DNA of 40,644 bases from Verrucomicrobiales bacterium (GTDB lineage: Bacteria; Verrucomicrobiota; Verrucomicrobiia; Limisphaerales; JAFMIX01). The position numbers and the translations under genes are program-made. Every line of letters begins with the position of its first letter. The stretch's first letter is position 1. The notes under the pieces were generated by a model that was given only the letters and a program-made list of their open reading frames with translations, was not told the DNA's origin and did no database searches. Positions 1 through 7,688 of the stretch are shown piece after piece. The stretch is from NCBI GenBank assembly GCA_031371425.1, contig JANMJO010000109.1:1-40644 (forward strand), read 5' to 3'.

Positions 1-54
1 GCCGGCTCACTAACGGGCGAGTATGAGGGGGAGGCTCATGTTATTGAGGTCTAA
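1..54 (+). CDS. 3' end of a probable integron gene-cassette ORF (truncated by window edge), product unknown
   Basis: Frame 1 reads AGSLTGEYEGEAHVIEV* and its TAA stop lies inside the GTCTAAC inverse core of the attC site, the usual cassette geometry. Confidence 0.6.
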   Translation, partial: AGSLTGEYEGEAHVIEV

Positions 55-141
55 CCATGCGCTGCAGCGAACCCGGCCATCGCGCTCCGGTTGCAATCCA
101 CGCGTCCCGTGGGCCGGGTCGCTGAGCTTGGGTCGTTAGGC
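49..141 (+). mobile_element. attC: Integron attC recombination site (93 bp)
   Basis: R'' GTCTAAC (RYYYAAC) at 49-55, R' GTTAGGC (GTTRRRY) at 135-141. Arms GCT[G]CAGCGA[A]CCCGGCC and GGCCGGGTCGCTGAGC pair perfectly except for two extrahelical bases. Confidence 0.85.
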
Positions 142-173
142 CGCTTCCCCTCCGGCATTCTTCACTTTCAACT

Positions 174-202
174 TTGAACCCGCCGCTTCCTACTGTTACT
201 CT
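174..202 (+). promoter_or_regulatory. Putative sigma70 promoter for ftsK, probably leaderless
   Basis: TTGAAC (174-179), 17 nt, TACTCT (197-202) with extended TGn; ATG at 209 is 6 nt downstream; no Shine-Dalgarno. Confidence 0.5.
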
Positions 203-208
203 GCGCGC

Positions 209-3013
209 ATGGCCCGCAAGCAGGATTCTTTTTCAGATGGCAATAACGGTTTCGGCGACATCATCGGCCTCGTGCTGCTCGGTGCGGCGGCGCTGCTGTT
301 CTTCGCACAACTCTCCTATGATGGCCGCGATCTCGCGTGCAATTACACCCCGCCAAACCATCCCGCGCACAATTGGATCGGCCTGCTCGGTGCGTGGGTG
401 GCGGACAAGTCCTTCTTCCTTTTCGGCGCGTCGGCGTATCTGCTGCCGCCGCTGCTGCTGGCCTTCAGCCTCTCGCATCTGCCGGGCGTGCTGCGGTTCT
501 GCGGGCTGCACGTCGTGGCCGATGCCATCAGCCATCTCGCCGAACGCTGGAAAACCCAGCTCGCGTGGGCGCTCGCGTTCATCTTCTCACTCGCCTGCCT
601 GCTGAACCTCCTCAACGACGGACGCCACACGCATCACCTCGACAACTTCCGCGAACACATCAAAGCCCAGAGCCTCGGCGGCTGGCTCGGCTACACCGCC
701 TACGAATACGCCTTCTGGATGATCAGCGCTCCCGGCTCGGCCATCGTCTTCTTCATCCTCGGCTTCATCAGCCTTTTTTCGCTGACGAACTTCCAGCTCG
801 TCGGCTGGATCACCGGCTTCTGGGCCGACCGCAAGGAATTCGCCGCCGGAGTCGAAGCCATGGAAGACGCCAACGCCAGCGCCGATGAAAAAATTCTCGC
901 GCGAAAATCCCGCGAGCTCGCCCGCGAGACCCGCAAGCTGGAACAGCAGGTCGCCGAGGAAACCCCCTCCAAACCCAGCGGTCTCGGTGCCGACCTCAAG
1001 CCCGTGCCCGAACCCACCGTGCGCGACCTGAGCTACCCGCAAGCCAAGCCCGGTCCGCCCGGCGCGCGCAAGACCACCTTGCCCTCCTCGCCCAAGACCC
1101 CCGCCGTGGGCGGTGATGCCGCTGCGAAAAAATCCGAGCCGATGTTTGAAGGCAGCGAAGTCATCCCCGAACGCGAAATCGTTGCGGCAACCACGGCAGA
1201 TATTTTGGGCCAGCAAGCGGATGCCGCGGAGAAAACCGCAGCGCCCAAGCCCTCGGAAATTTCTCCCGAACCGCCTAAAGGCGGAACTCCGAGCGCCACC
1301 GAAGAACCCATCATCACCATCGCGCCCGTTTCCGCCGCCGCCGTGGATGTCCCGACGCCCGCCGCGCCGCCCCGGCCCCGCGCCATCGTGCCGAAGAAGC
1401 CCAAGCCCATCACCGTCGCCCACGCGCCGATGATCGGGAATTATCAGTTGCCCTCCATGGATTTTCTCCAGCACCCGGACATGACCGTGAAGCCCACCGA
1501 GACCAAAGAGGAATTGATGGCCAACGCGCGGCTCATGCAGCAAACGCTCCAGCAGTTCGACATCGAAGTGCAGCTCGGCGACATCACCAAAGGCCCGACC
1601 ATCACGCGCTACGAACTGCATCCCGCCGCTGGCGTGAAGCTGGAAAAAATTTCCGCCCTCTCCAACAACATCGCCGCCGTGCTCAAGGCCGAACGCATCA
1701 ACATCCTCGCGCCCGTCCCCGGCAAGAACACCGTCGGCGTGGAGGTGCCCAACAAAATCAAGACCAAGGTCATCATGCGCGACCTGTTCGAGTCCGAGGA
1801 ATGGCGCACCACCAAGTGCCGCATCCCGCTCGCGCTCGGCAAGGACGTTTACGGCCACCCCATCATCGCCGACCTCGGCGACATGCCGCACTTGCTCATC
1901 GCCGGCAGCACCGGCTCGGGCAAATCCGTCTGCATCAATTCCATCATCGCCTCGCTGCTCTACCGCTTCTCACCCGACCAACTCCGCTTCGTGATGATTG
2001 ATCCCAAGGTCGTCGAGCTGCAGCAATACAACGTCCTGCCCCACCTCGTCGTCCCCGTCGTCAACGACCCCAAGAAAGTCATCCTCGCCCTGCGCTGGGT
2101 CGTCAACGAGATGGAAAAACGCTACCAGATCTTCGCCCGCGTCGGCGTCCGCAACATCAAATCCTTCAACGAACGCCCCAAGAACAAACCCATCCCGCCC
2201 GCCGAACCCGAGTCGCCGCTCTTGACCCGCCGCGAAAAAGTCGAGCCGGGCGCGGACGGTTTCGCCGTGGAAGTGGACGAACAAATCGTCGTCCCGCGCG
2301 ATGAAGACATCGTCATTCCCGAAAAACTTTCCTACATCGTCGTCATCATTGATGAGCTTGCCGACCTCATGCTCGTCGCGCCCGCCGATGTCGAGATGGC
2401 CATCGCCCGCATCACGCAGATGGCGCGCGCCGCCGGCATTCATTGCATCGTCGCCACGCAACGCCCGTCCGTGGATGTCATCACCGGCGTCATCAAGTCC
2501 AACATCCCCGCGCGCATCGCGTTCCAAGTCGCCGCCGCCGTGGACTCCCGCACCATCCTCGACAACAAGGGCGCGGACAAATTGCTCGGCAAAGGCGACA
2601 TGCTCTACCTGCCGCCCGGCTCCGCGAAATTGATCCGCGTTCAAGGCGCGCTCATCACCGACCAGGAAATCCAGAGCTGCGTGGACTTCATCGCCGCGCA
2701 AGGCAAGCCGAGCTACGAAATGGAAATCCACAAGCAACTTTCCAAACCCGCCAACACCTTCGGCAACGAGAGCGGCATTGACGAAGACGAGGAGATCATC
2801 CAGGACTGCATCGAAGTCATCCGCAGCGAACAGAAAGCCAGCGTCTCGCTCCTGCAACGCCGGCTCAAGCTCGGCTACGGCCGCGCGGCGCGCATCATGG
2901 ACGAACTGGAGAACCGCCAAATCGTCGGCCCCAGCAACGGTGCCGAGCCACGCGACATCCTCATAGACCTCGATGGCGAAGGCCACGACGGCGGCGGCCA
3001 GAGCGCGGTCTAA
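209..3013 (+). CDS. ftsK: DNA translocase FtsK
   Basis: N-terminal TM domain (HNWIGLLGAWVAD), Pro/Ala-rich linker, Walker A AGSTGSGKS, IIDELADLM, ATQRPSVDVITG, gamma domain ASVSLLQRRLKLGYGRAARIMDELE. Confidence 0.97.
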   Translation: MARKQDSFSDGNNGFGDIIGLVLLGAAALLFFAQLSYDGRDLACNYTPPNHPAHNWIGLLGAWVADKSFFLFGASAYLLPPLLLAFSLSHLPGVLRFCGLHVVADAISHLAERWKTQLAWALAFIFSLACLLNLLNDGRHTHHLDNFREHIKAQSLGGWLGYTAYEYAFWMISAPGSAIVFFILGFISLFSLTNFQLVGWITGFWADRKEFAAGVEAMEDANASADEKILARKSRELARETRKLEQQVAEETPSKPSGLGADLKPVPEPTVRDLSYPQAKPGPPGARKTTLPSSPKTPAVGGDAAAKKSEPMFEGSEVIPEREIVAATTADILGQQADAAEKTAAPKPSEISPEPPKGGTPSATEEPIITIAPVSAAAVDVPTPAAPPRPRAIVPKKPKPITVAHAPMIGNYQLPSMDFLQHPDMTVKPTETKEELMANARLMQQTLQQFDIEVQLGDITKGPTITRYELHPAAGVKLEKISALSNNIAAVLKAERINILAPVPGKNTVGVEVPNKIKTKVIMRDLFESEEWRTTKCRIPLALGKDVYGHPIIADLGDMPHLLIAGSTGSGKSVCINSIIASLLYRFSPDQLRFVMIDPKVVELQQYNVLPHLVVPVVNDPKKVILALRWVVNEMEKRYQIFARVGVRNIKSFNERPKNKPIPPAEPESPLLTRREKVEPGADGFAVEVDEQIVVPRDEDIVIPEKLSYIVVIIDELADLMLVAPADVEMAIARITQMARAAGIHCIVATQRPSVDVITGVIKSNIPARIAFQVAAAVDSRTILDNKGADKLLGKGDMLYLPPGSAKLIRVQGALITDQEIQSCVDFIAAQGKPSYEMEIHKQLSKPANTFGNESGIDEDEEIIQDCIEVIRSEQKASVSLLQRRLKLGYGRAARIMDELENRQIVGPSNGAEPRDILIDLDGEGHDGGGQSAV
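1271..1290 (+). repeat. REP-like half-site inside the ftsK linker
   Basis: CCGCCTAAAGGCGGAACTCC matches 8689-8708 (CCGCCTGAAGGCGGAACTCC) at 19/20; encodes PPKGGTP. Confidence 0.6.
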
Positions 3014-3016
3014 AAA

Positions 3017-3100
3017 TTAGCCACGGATTGAACACGGATGAAACACGGATGGGCACAAAAGAAAAAATCCGTGTTCAATCCGTGTTCAATCCGTGGCTAA
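3017..3100. repeat. Palindromic repeat element, family A copy 1 (arms of ~10-11 nt ACACGGAT units)
   Basis: TTAGCCACGGATTGAACACGGATGAAACACGGAT ... ATCCGTGTTCAATCCGTGTTCAATCCGTGGCTAA; near-identical to 6352-6433. Confidence 0.85.
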
Positions 3101-3106
3101 AAACTT

Positions 3107-3451
3107 ATGAGCAAAACCTTGTTCGAGAAAATCATCGCGCGGGAAATCCCGGCGCAGATTGTTTTTGAAGACGACCTCGTGCTGGCGTTCCGCGACATCG
3201 CCCCGCAAGCGCCCGTGCACGTCCTCATCGTGCCGAAGAAACCCATCCCGCGCATCGCCGAGGCAGGTGCCGCCGACCACCAAGTCCTCGGCCACCTGCT
3301 GCTCAAGGCCGCCGAAGTCGCGGATCAACTCGGCTTGAAGGCGGGCGGCTACCGGCTCGTTTTCAACAACGGCGCGGACGCCGGCGAAGCCGTGCCGCAT
3401 CTGCACCTGCACATCCTCGGCGGGCGGAAGATGGCCTGGCCACCGGGGTGA
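3107..3451 (+). CDS. hinT: Histidine triad (HIT) nucleotide-binding protein
   Basis: LFEKIIAREIPA, AFRDIAPQAPVHVLIVPK and the HLHLHILGGR triad. Confidence 0.93.
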   Translation: MSKTLFEKIIAREIPAQIVFEDDLVLAFRDIAPQAPVHVLIVPKKPIPRIAEAGAADHQVLGHLLLKAAEVADQLGLKAGGYRLVFNNGADAGEAVPHLHLHILGGRKMAWPPG

Positions 3452-3472
3452 ATGTGAACCGCCGCTTTGAGT

Positions 3473-3501
3473 TCGACAGCTTCAATAGCTTGAACTAGCT
3501 T
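3473..3501 (+). promoter_or_regulatory. Putative leaderless promoter of hicBA with small inverted repeat
   Basis: TCGACA (3473-3478), 17 nt, TAGCTT (3496-3501), GTG at 3508; TTCAA-TAGC-TTGAA inverted repeat at 3481-3494 in the spacer. Confidence 0.4.
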
Positions 3502-3507
3502 CCAACC

Positions 3508-3711
3508 GTGAACTTAAAAATCGAGCTGGAGCGCGAATCGGACGGCCGCTGGATTGCCGAAGTCACGGAACTGCCCGGCTGCATGGCTTATGGCACCACT
3601 CAGACGGACGCGCTGGCCAAGGTCAAGGCGCTCGCGTTGCGCGTGCTGGCCGACCGCTTCGAGCATGGCGAACCAGTGCCTGCCGGCGACGAATTGTTTT
3701 CCATCGCATGA
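3508..3711 (+). CDS. hicB: Short HicB-family antitoxin (no DNA-binding domain)
   Basis: IELERESDGRWIAEVTELPGCMAYGTTQTDAL signature; overlaps the next gene via ATGA. Confidence 0.88.
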   Translation: MNLKIELERESDGRWIAEVTELPGCMAYGTTQTDALAKVKALALRVLADRFEHGEPVPAGDELFSIA

Positions 3712-3923
3712 GCCAGTGGGGTTCACGAAAATCCCGGCAGGTTCTGGCCGCATTACTTCACATCGGTTGGGTTATCAAACGTCAGCGCGGCACATCGCAC
3801 CGGATTCTTGCGCGGGAAGGCTGGCCGGATTTTGTTTTTGCCTTTCACGACGGCGAAGAAATCGGGCCGAAAATGCTTTCCCGCATCGCCAAACGAACCG
3901 GCCTTGAGCCGGAAGATTTATGA
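3708..3923 (+). CDS. hicA: HicA-family mRNA interferase toxin
   Basis: ALLHIGW..KRQRGTSH with catalytic His, then FHDGEEIGPKMLSRIAKRTGL. Confidence 0.88.
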   Translation: MSQWGSRKSRQVLAALLHIGWVIKRQRGTSHRILAREGWPDFVFAFHDGEEIGPKMLSRIAKRTGLEPEDL

Positions 3924-3972
3924 TTCTCGGCGGGCGCAAGCTGAACTGGCCGCCGGGTTGAACGTTTCTGAA

Positions 3973-4173
3973 ATGTCCACCGCTTCTTCACCTAACAGCG
4001 AGCGCGAATCGCAACCCAAGCCACCCGCGCAAGTTTGTGCGACTGCATCGGGGGATTCTTCCGGCGAATACTGGCGCTGGTGTCCGCAGTGCGGCCACGA
4101 GTTGCACAACGAGAAGTGCAAGCTCCGCTGCCCCCGCTGCCATTACTTTATGAGCTGCTCGGACTTTGATTGA
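3973..4173 (+). CDS. Small Cys-rich zinc-finger protein (66 aa)
   Basis: CPQC-x7-CKLRCPRC-x5-CSD; ATG at 3973 preferred over the 3808 start that overlaps hicA. Confidence 0.7.
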   Translation: MSTASSPNSERESQPKPPAQVCATASGDSSGEYWRWCPQCGHELHNEKCKLRCPRCHYFMSCSDFD

Positions 4174-4178
4174 ATTCA

Positions 4179-4246
4179 ATCCACGAATTACGCCAATTAA
4201 CGCGAATTGAAATTTCCTTTCGCGAAAATTCGCGTAATTCGCGGAT
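4179..4246. repeat. Palindromic repeat (CGAATTA units, family A-like architecture) between convergent genes; possible bidirectional terminator
   Basis: ATCCACGAATTACGCCAATT and AATTCGCGTAATTCGCGGAT are 18/20 reverse-complementary. Confidence 0.7.
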
Positions 4247-4251
4247 GCTCT

Positions 4252-5037
4252 TCACATCGCCCGCACCAGAGCCGCCACGCGTTTCGCATCCACCGGATTC
4301 GCCAGCTTGCCGTCCTTCTTCAACGACGAGCCGACGATGACGCCGTCCGCCACGCGCAGAAAGCTTTTCACGTTCGCCGCGTTCACACCGCTGCCCAGAA
4401 GAATTTTTGCGGAAGGACACGCGCGGCGGACCGTCTCCACGTCCGCGAGGTCGGCGGCCTGGCCCGTGCCCACGCCGGACACGATGAGCGCGTCGGCAAG
4501 GCCGCGTTCGTGCGTGTCGTGCGCGGCGTCTTCGAGCGACCAATCGCCGAGCGGCACGGCGTGTTTCACGTGGACATCGGCAAAAATCTGCGTGCGCGGG
4601 GCGATGCGTGCGCGCTCGCGCAAGGTGTGATACGCATCGCCCTCGATGACGCCCTGATCGGTGAGCATCGCGCCGCTGTGGACGTTCACGCGGATGAAAT
4701 CGCCACCACACGCGGCGCACAGCGCGAGCGCGGCGCGGGCGTCGTTGCGCAGGACGTTGTAGCCGATGGGCAGTTTCACCGCCGCGCTCACGGCGCAACC
4801 GACGGCGGCCATCGCGGCGATGGTTTCCGGCGCGACGGCGGATTTGGTGAACGGCACGTCGCCAAAATTCTCGATGAACAATGCGTGCGCGCCGCCGCGT
4901 TCGTAAGCGAGGGCATCGGCGACGGCGAACTTGATGATCTCGGTCATGCTGGTGCGGCAGCGCGGTGCGCCGGGCAATGCCTTGAGGTGAACGACGCCGA
5001 TGAAGACTTTGCGGTGGAGTTGGAAGAGGGTTTTCAT
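4252..5037 (-). CDS. BtpA/SgcQ family TIM-barrel protein
   Basis: IGVVHLKALPGAP, IENFGDVPF, NVLRND, IFADVHVKHA, LGSGV, DGVIVGSSLK; ATG at 5037 overlaps the rnc stop. Confidence 0.92.
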   Translation of the reverse strand: MKTLFQLHRKVFIGVVHLKALPGAPRCRTSMTEIIKFAVADALAYERGGAHALFIENFGDVPFTKSAVAPETIAAMAAVGCAVSAAVKLPIGYNVLRNDARAALALCAACGGDFIRVNVHSGAMLTDQGVIEGDAYHTLRERARIAPRTQIFADVHVKHAVPLGDWSLEDAAHDTHERGLADALIVSGVGTGQAADLADVETVRRACPSAKILLGSGVNAANVKSFLRVADGVIVGSSLKKDGKLANPVDAKRVAALVRAM

Positions 5038-5732
5038 GGTTGCTGTTTTTCCCGGAGGCTTTGCAGCGCGGCCATCGCGGCGGCGCCCTCGGCGAGTTTT
5101 TTGCTGGGGCCACGGCCGCGGGCGAGTTCCACGCCGGCGTGGTGGACGCGGCATTCAAACTCGCGGTTGTGATCTGGCCCGGTGGCGGCGGTGACTTCGT
5201 ATTGCGGCGCTTCGGCGGAGTCCACCTGGAGCAACTCCTGCAGTTCGCCCTTGGGATTGTTAATCGTGGGTTCGACGGCAAGTCCGCCGATGCCTTGCTG
5301 AAATTCGCGGAGAATAAATTCACGCGCGCCTTCAAATCCTCCATCGAGAAACATCGCGCCGAGCAACGCCTCGTAAGCGTCGGCGAGACTGGAGGAGCGG
5401 TCGCGCCCGCCGGATTTTTCCTCACCGCGTCCGAGGATGAGGTGTTCGCCGAGGCTGATGGCACGGGCTTGGTCGGCGAGGGCGCGGGCGTTCACGAGTT
5501 TGGCGCGGCTCTTGGTGAGAGGGCCTTCGCCGAACGTGGCGAACCGGGAGTAGAGTTCGTGGGTGAGGGTGAGTTGGAGCACGGCGTCGCCGAGAAACTC
5601 CAGCCGCTGGTTGGTCGGCGTGGGCGCGTCTTGCTCGTGCGCGATGGACGGGTGCGTGAGCGCGAGGCGCAGCAGCGAGACGTCGGCAAACCGGTAGCCG
5701 AGGCGTTGTTGGAGCGCGTCAAGGTCGGCCAC
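5034..5732 (-). CDS. rnc: Ribonuclease III
   Basis: ALTHPS, NQRLEFLGDAVL signature, LADAYEALLGA, C-terminal dsRBD (NPKGELQE...GPSKKLAE). Confidence 0.97.
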   Translation of the reverse strand: MADLDALQQRLGYRFADVSLLRLALTHPSIAHEQDAPTPTNQRLEFLGDAVLQLTLTHELYSRFATFGEGPLTKSRAKLVNARALADQARAISLGEHLILGRGEEKSGGRDRSSSLADAYEALLGAMFLDGGFEGAREFILREFQQGIGGLAVEPTINNPKGELQELLQVDSAEAPQYEVTAATGPDHNREFECRVHHAGVELARGRGPSKKLAEGAAAMAALQSLREKQQP

Positions 5733-5744
5733 AGGATTTGGGTT

Positions 5745-6338
5745 TCAGGTTTGGGCGACGGGCGAGGCGGGTTCGGCGGAAGGTTCGGCCTGCTGCGCCG
5801 GAACAGATTCGTCTGCGGGCGGCGGCGGATTGAAGCCATGTTCGAGGAGCGTGGCGACGTCGTGCTGGACCTGCTCGAGTTGGTCGAGGCGCAGCGCGGG
5901 GTCAACGATGGTGAAGATGTCGCCGGTCTTGGGTTGCTCGTAAACGAACACGCGGTGGCCGTCGCGCTGGAGCTGCTCCTTGACCTTGAGGATGCGTTTG
6001 CGCTCGAGCATCACGGCGAGGATGTAGCCGGCGGGGATGTGCTTGGGGTCGTTCAGCTCGATGAGCTTGCGCAGGAGCGTCTCGGCGTTTTCTTTCTGGA
6101 TGGCGTCCACCGGTGCGGCGGGCGGCGCGAGATAGACGCCTTGCCAGTGGGAGATGAAATTTTTCTGCTGCGGCGCGGTGGCACTGAAATTTTTCTGCCA
6201 GCACGGCTCGCAGATATCGGTGCGGCGCAGCTCGGAATGTTCCTCGATCAGCACCGTGTGATACGGCTGTTTGTCGGTGAAAGGTTGAGCGCACGACTCG
6301 CAGGCGTGGGCGCGGGATTGAATGTTCCAGTCGTTCAT
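5745..6338 (-). CDS. Hypothetical protein with N-terminal CxxC...CxxC zinc site
   Basis: CESC and CEPCW motifs, YILAVMLERKRILK; codon usage like neighbours; first gene of the rnc-btpA run. ATG at 6338 chosen because the 6359 start lies in a repeat. Confidence 0.8.
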   Translation of the reverse strand: MNDWNIQSRAHACESCAQPFTDKQPYHTVLIEEHSELRRTDICEPCWQKNFSATAPQQKNFISHWQGVYLAPPAAPVDAIQKENAETLLRKLIELNDPKHIPAGYILAVMLERKRILKVKEQLQRDGHRVFVYEQPKTGDIFTIVDPALRLDQLEQVQHDVATLLEHGFNPPPPADESVPAQQAEPSAEPASPVAQT

Positions 6339-6351
6339 TGTGCCCCGAAAG

Positions 6352-6433
6352 TTAGCCACAGATTGAACACAGATGAAACACGGATTTTGAAAAATTATTT
6401 TCTGTGTTTAATCCGTGTTCAATCCGTGGCTAA
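6352..6433. repeat. Palindromic repeat element, family A copy 2
   Basis: TTAGCCACAGATTGAACACAGATGAAACACGGA ... TCTGTGTTTAATCCGTGTTCAATCCGTGGCTAA; same arms as 3017-3100 with a different AT-rich loop. Confidence 0.85.
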
Positions 6434-6441
6434 ACTGTGCC

Positions 6442-7659
6442 GTGCGCATCGGTTCGCTCCAACTCGAATCCAACCTGTTCCTCTCGCCGCTGGCGGGTTA
6501 CACCAACCTGCCGTTCCGCCTCGTCGTGCGCGAAGTCGGCGGCGTGGGCCTCTGCACCACCGACCTCGTCAACGCCCGCTCGTTGCTGGAGAAAAATCCC
6601 AGAGCCTTCAAGCTCATCGAAACCCGCCCCGCCGATTCGCCGCTCGCCGTGCAGCTCTTCGGCAGCGTGCCGGAGGAGATGCGTGACGCCGCCGCGTTCC
6701 TCGAATCCCTCGGCGTCGCCAGCGTGGATATCAATATGGGCTGCCCCGTCCGCAAGGTCTGCAACGTCGGCGGCGGCTCGGCCATGATGACCGAGCTGAC
6801 CAAGACCGCCGCGCTCGTCAAAGGCATGGTCAACGCCGTGAAGATTCCCGTCACCGCCAAGATGCGCCTCGGCTGGGACGCCGATAATTTGACCGCGCCC
6901 GACCTCGCCCGCACGCTGGAAGACGTGGGCGTGGCGGCAATCTTCGTGCATGGCCGCACCCGCGAACAAGGCTTCACCGGCACGGTGAACCTCGCGGGCA
7001 TCCGCACCGTGGTGGCGGCGGTGAAGACCATTCCCGTCATCGGCAACGGCGATGTCATCACGCCCGAGGCCGCGAAGAAGATGTTTGATGAGACCGGTTG
7101 CGCTGGCGTGAGCATCGGACGCGGCGCGTTCTACGACCCGTGGATTTTTCAGAGGACGCTGGAATATTTGAAAAGTAGGGCAGGCGTCTCGCCTGCCCGC
7201 GCTGCCGAAGGCGGCGCATTACATTGCTTAGGCAATTCCTCGCTCGGGCTTTCGCCCGCGCCGGGCAGGCGAGACGCCTGCCCTACTTTACCTCCCCCCG
7301 AACCCACCTTCGCCGAGCGCGTGCGCGTGCTGTGCCGGCACTTGGATTTGATGGTGGAGATTTTCGGCGAAGACCTCGGCTGCCGGATGTTCCGCAAGGT
7401 CGCGCCGTGGTATGCCAAACGATTCGGCCCGGCGAACGTCTTCAACAAACGCGTCGTGCAAGTCGCCACACGCGCGGAATTCCACGCCGTGCTGGACGAC
7501 TACACGAAGTGGCGGCAGCAATTTCTCGATGAGCGCGGCGAACTGCTCCCGCGTTACCAGCTCCCGCCCATGGTCGCGTCATTCATGCAGGAAGACGTTC
7601 CCGCCGTGGCGCAACGGCAGAACATCCCCGTGCCCAAAGGGCCGGTGGAGGTGTGGTGA
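6442..7659 (+). CDS. dusB: tRNA-dihydrouridine synthase DusB-like, with an in-frame repeat insertion
   Basis: LSPLAGYT, VQLFG, DINMGCP, VTAKMRLGWD, VHGRT, IPVIGNGDV, IGRGA; GTG 6442 preferred because 6415 lies in the repeat. Confidence 0.93.
   Translation: MRIGSLQLESNLFLSPLAGYTNLPFRLVVREVGGVGLCTTDLVNARSLLEKNPRAFKLIETRPADSPLAVQLFGSVPEEMRDAAAFLESLGVASVDINMGCPVRKVCNVGGGSAMMTELTKTAALVKGMVNAVKIPVTAKMRLGWDADNLTAPDLARTLEDVGVAAIFVHGRTREQGFTGTVNLAGIRTVVAAVKTIPVIGNGDVITPEAAKKMFDETGCAGVSIGRGAFYDPWIFQRTLEYLKSRAGVSPARAAEGGALHCLGNSSLGLSPAPGRRDACPTLPPPEPTFAERVRVLCRHLDLMVEIFGEDLGCRMFRKVAPWYAKRFGPANVFNKRVVQVATRAEFHAVLDDYTKWRQQFLDERGELLPRYQLPPMVASFMQEDVPAVAQRQNIPVPKGPVEVW
7172..7289. mobile_element. GTAG-type REP doublet (REPIN-like) inserted in dusB
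   Basis: Perfect 28-bp inverted repeats AAAGTAGGGCAGGCGTCTCGCCTGCCCG (7172-7199) and 7262-7289; each arm has its own hairpin (GGGCAGGCG-TCT-CGCCTGCCC). Confidence 0.85.
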
Positions 7660-7688
7660 ATTCAGCCTGCGGGAAGCGTGCAGGGGTC

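Noticed and set aside
2170-2320. Insertion in the FtsK motor domain as a possible intein
   Set aside because: Only ~50 aa, no Cys/Ser start or His-Asn end; it falls in a known variable loop.
3017-3100. Short repeated units as a possible CRISPR array
   Set aside because: Units are ~10 nt, arranged as inverted arms with no unique spacers, and no cas genes are present.
3508-3923. hicBA as an integron cassette or prophage marker
   Set aside because: No attC flanks it and no phage or integrase genes are nearby; the antitoxin-first order with a short HicB is a known arrangement.
6415-6441. N-terminal extension of DusB (MFNPWLNCA), and likewise the 6359 start of the opposite gene
   Set aside because: These starts lie inside the palindromic repeat; family similarity begins at about 6442 and 6338.
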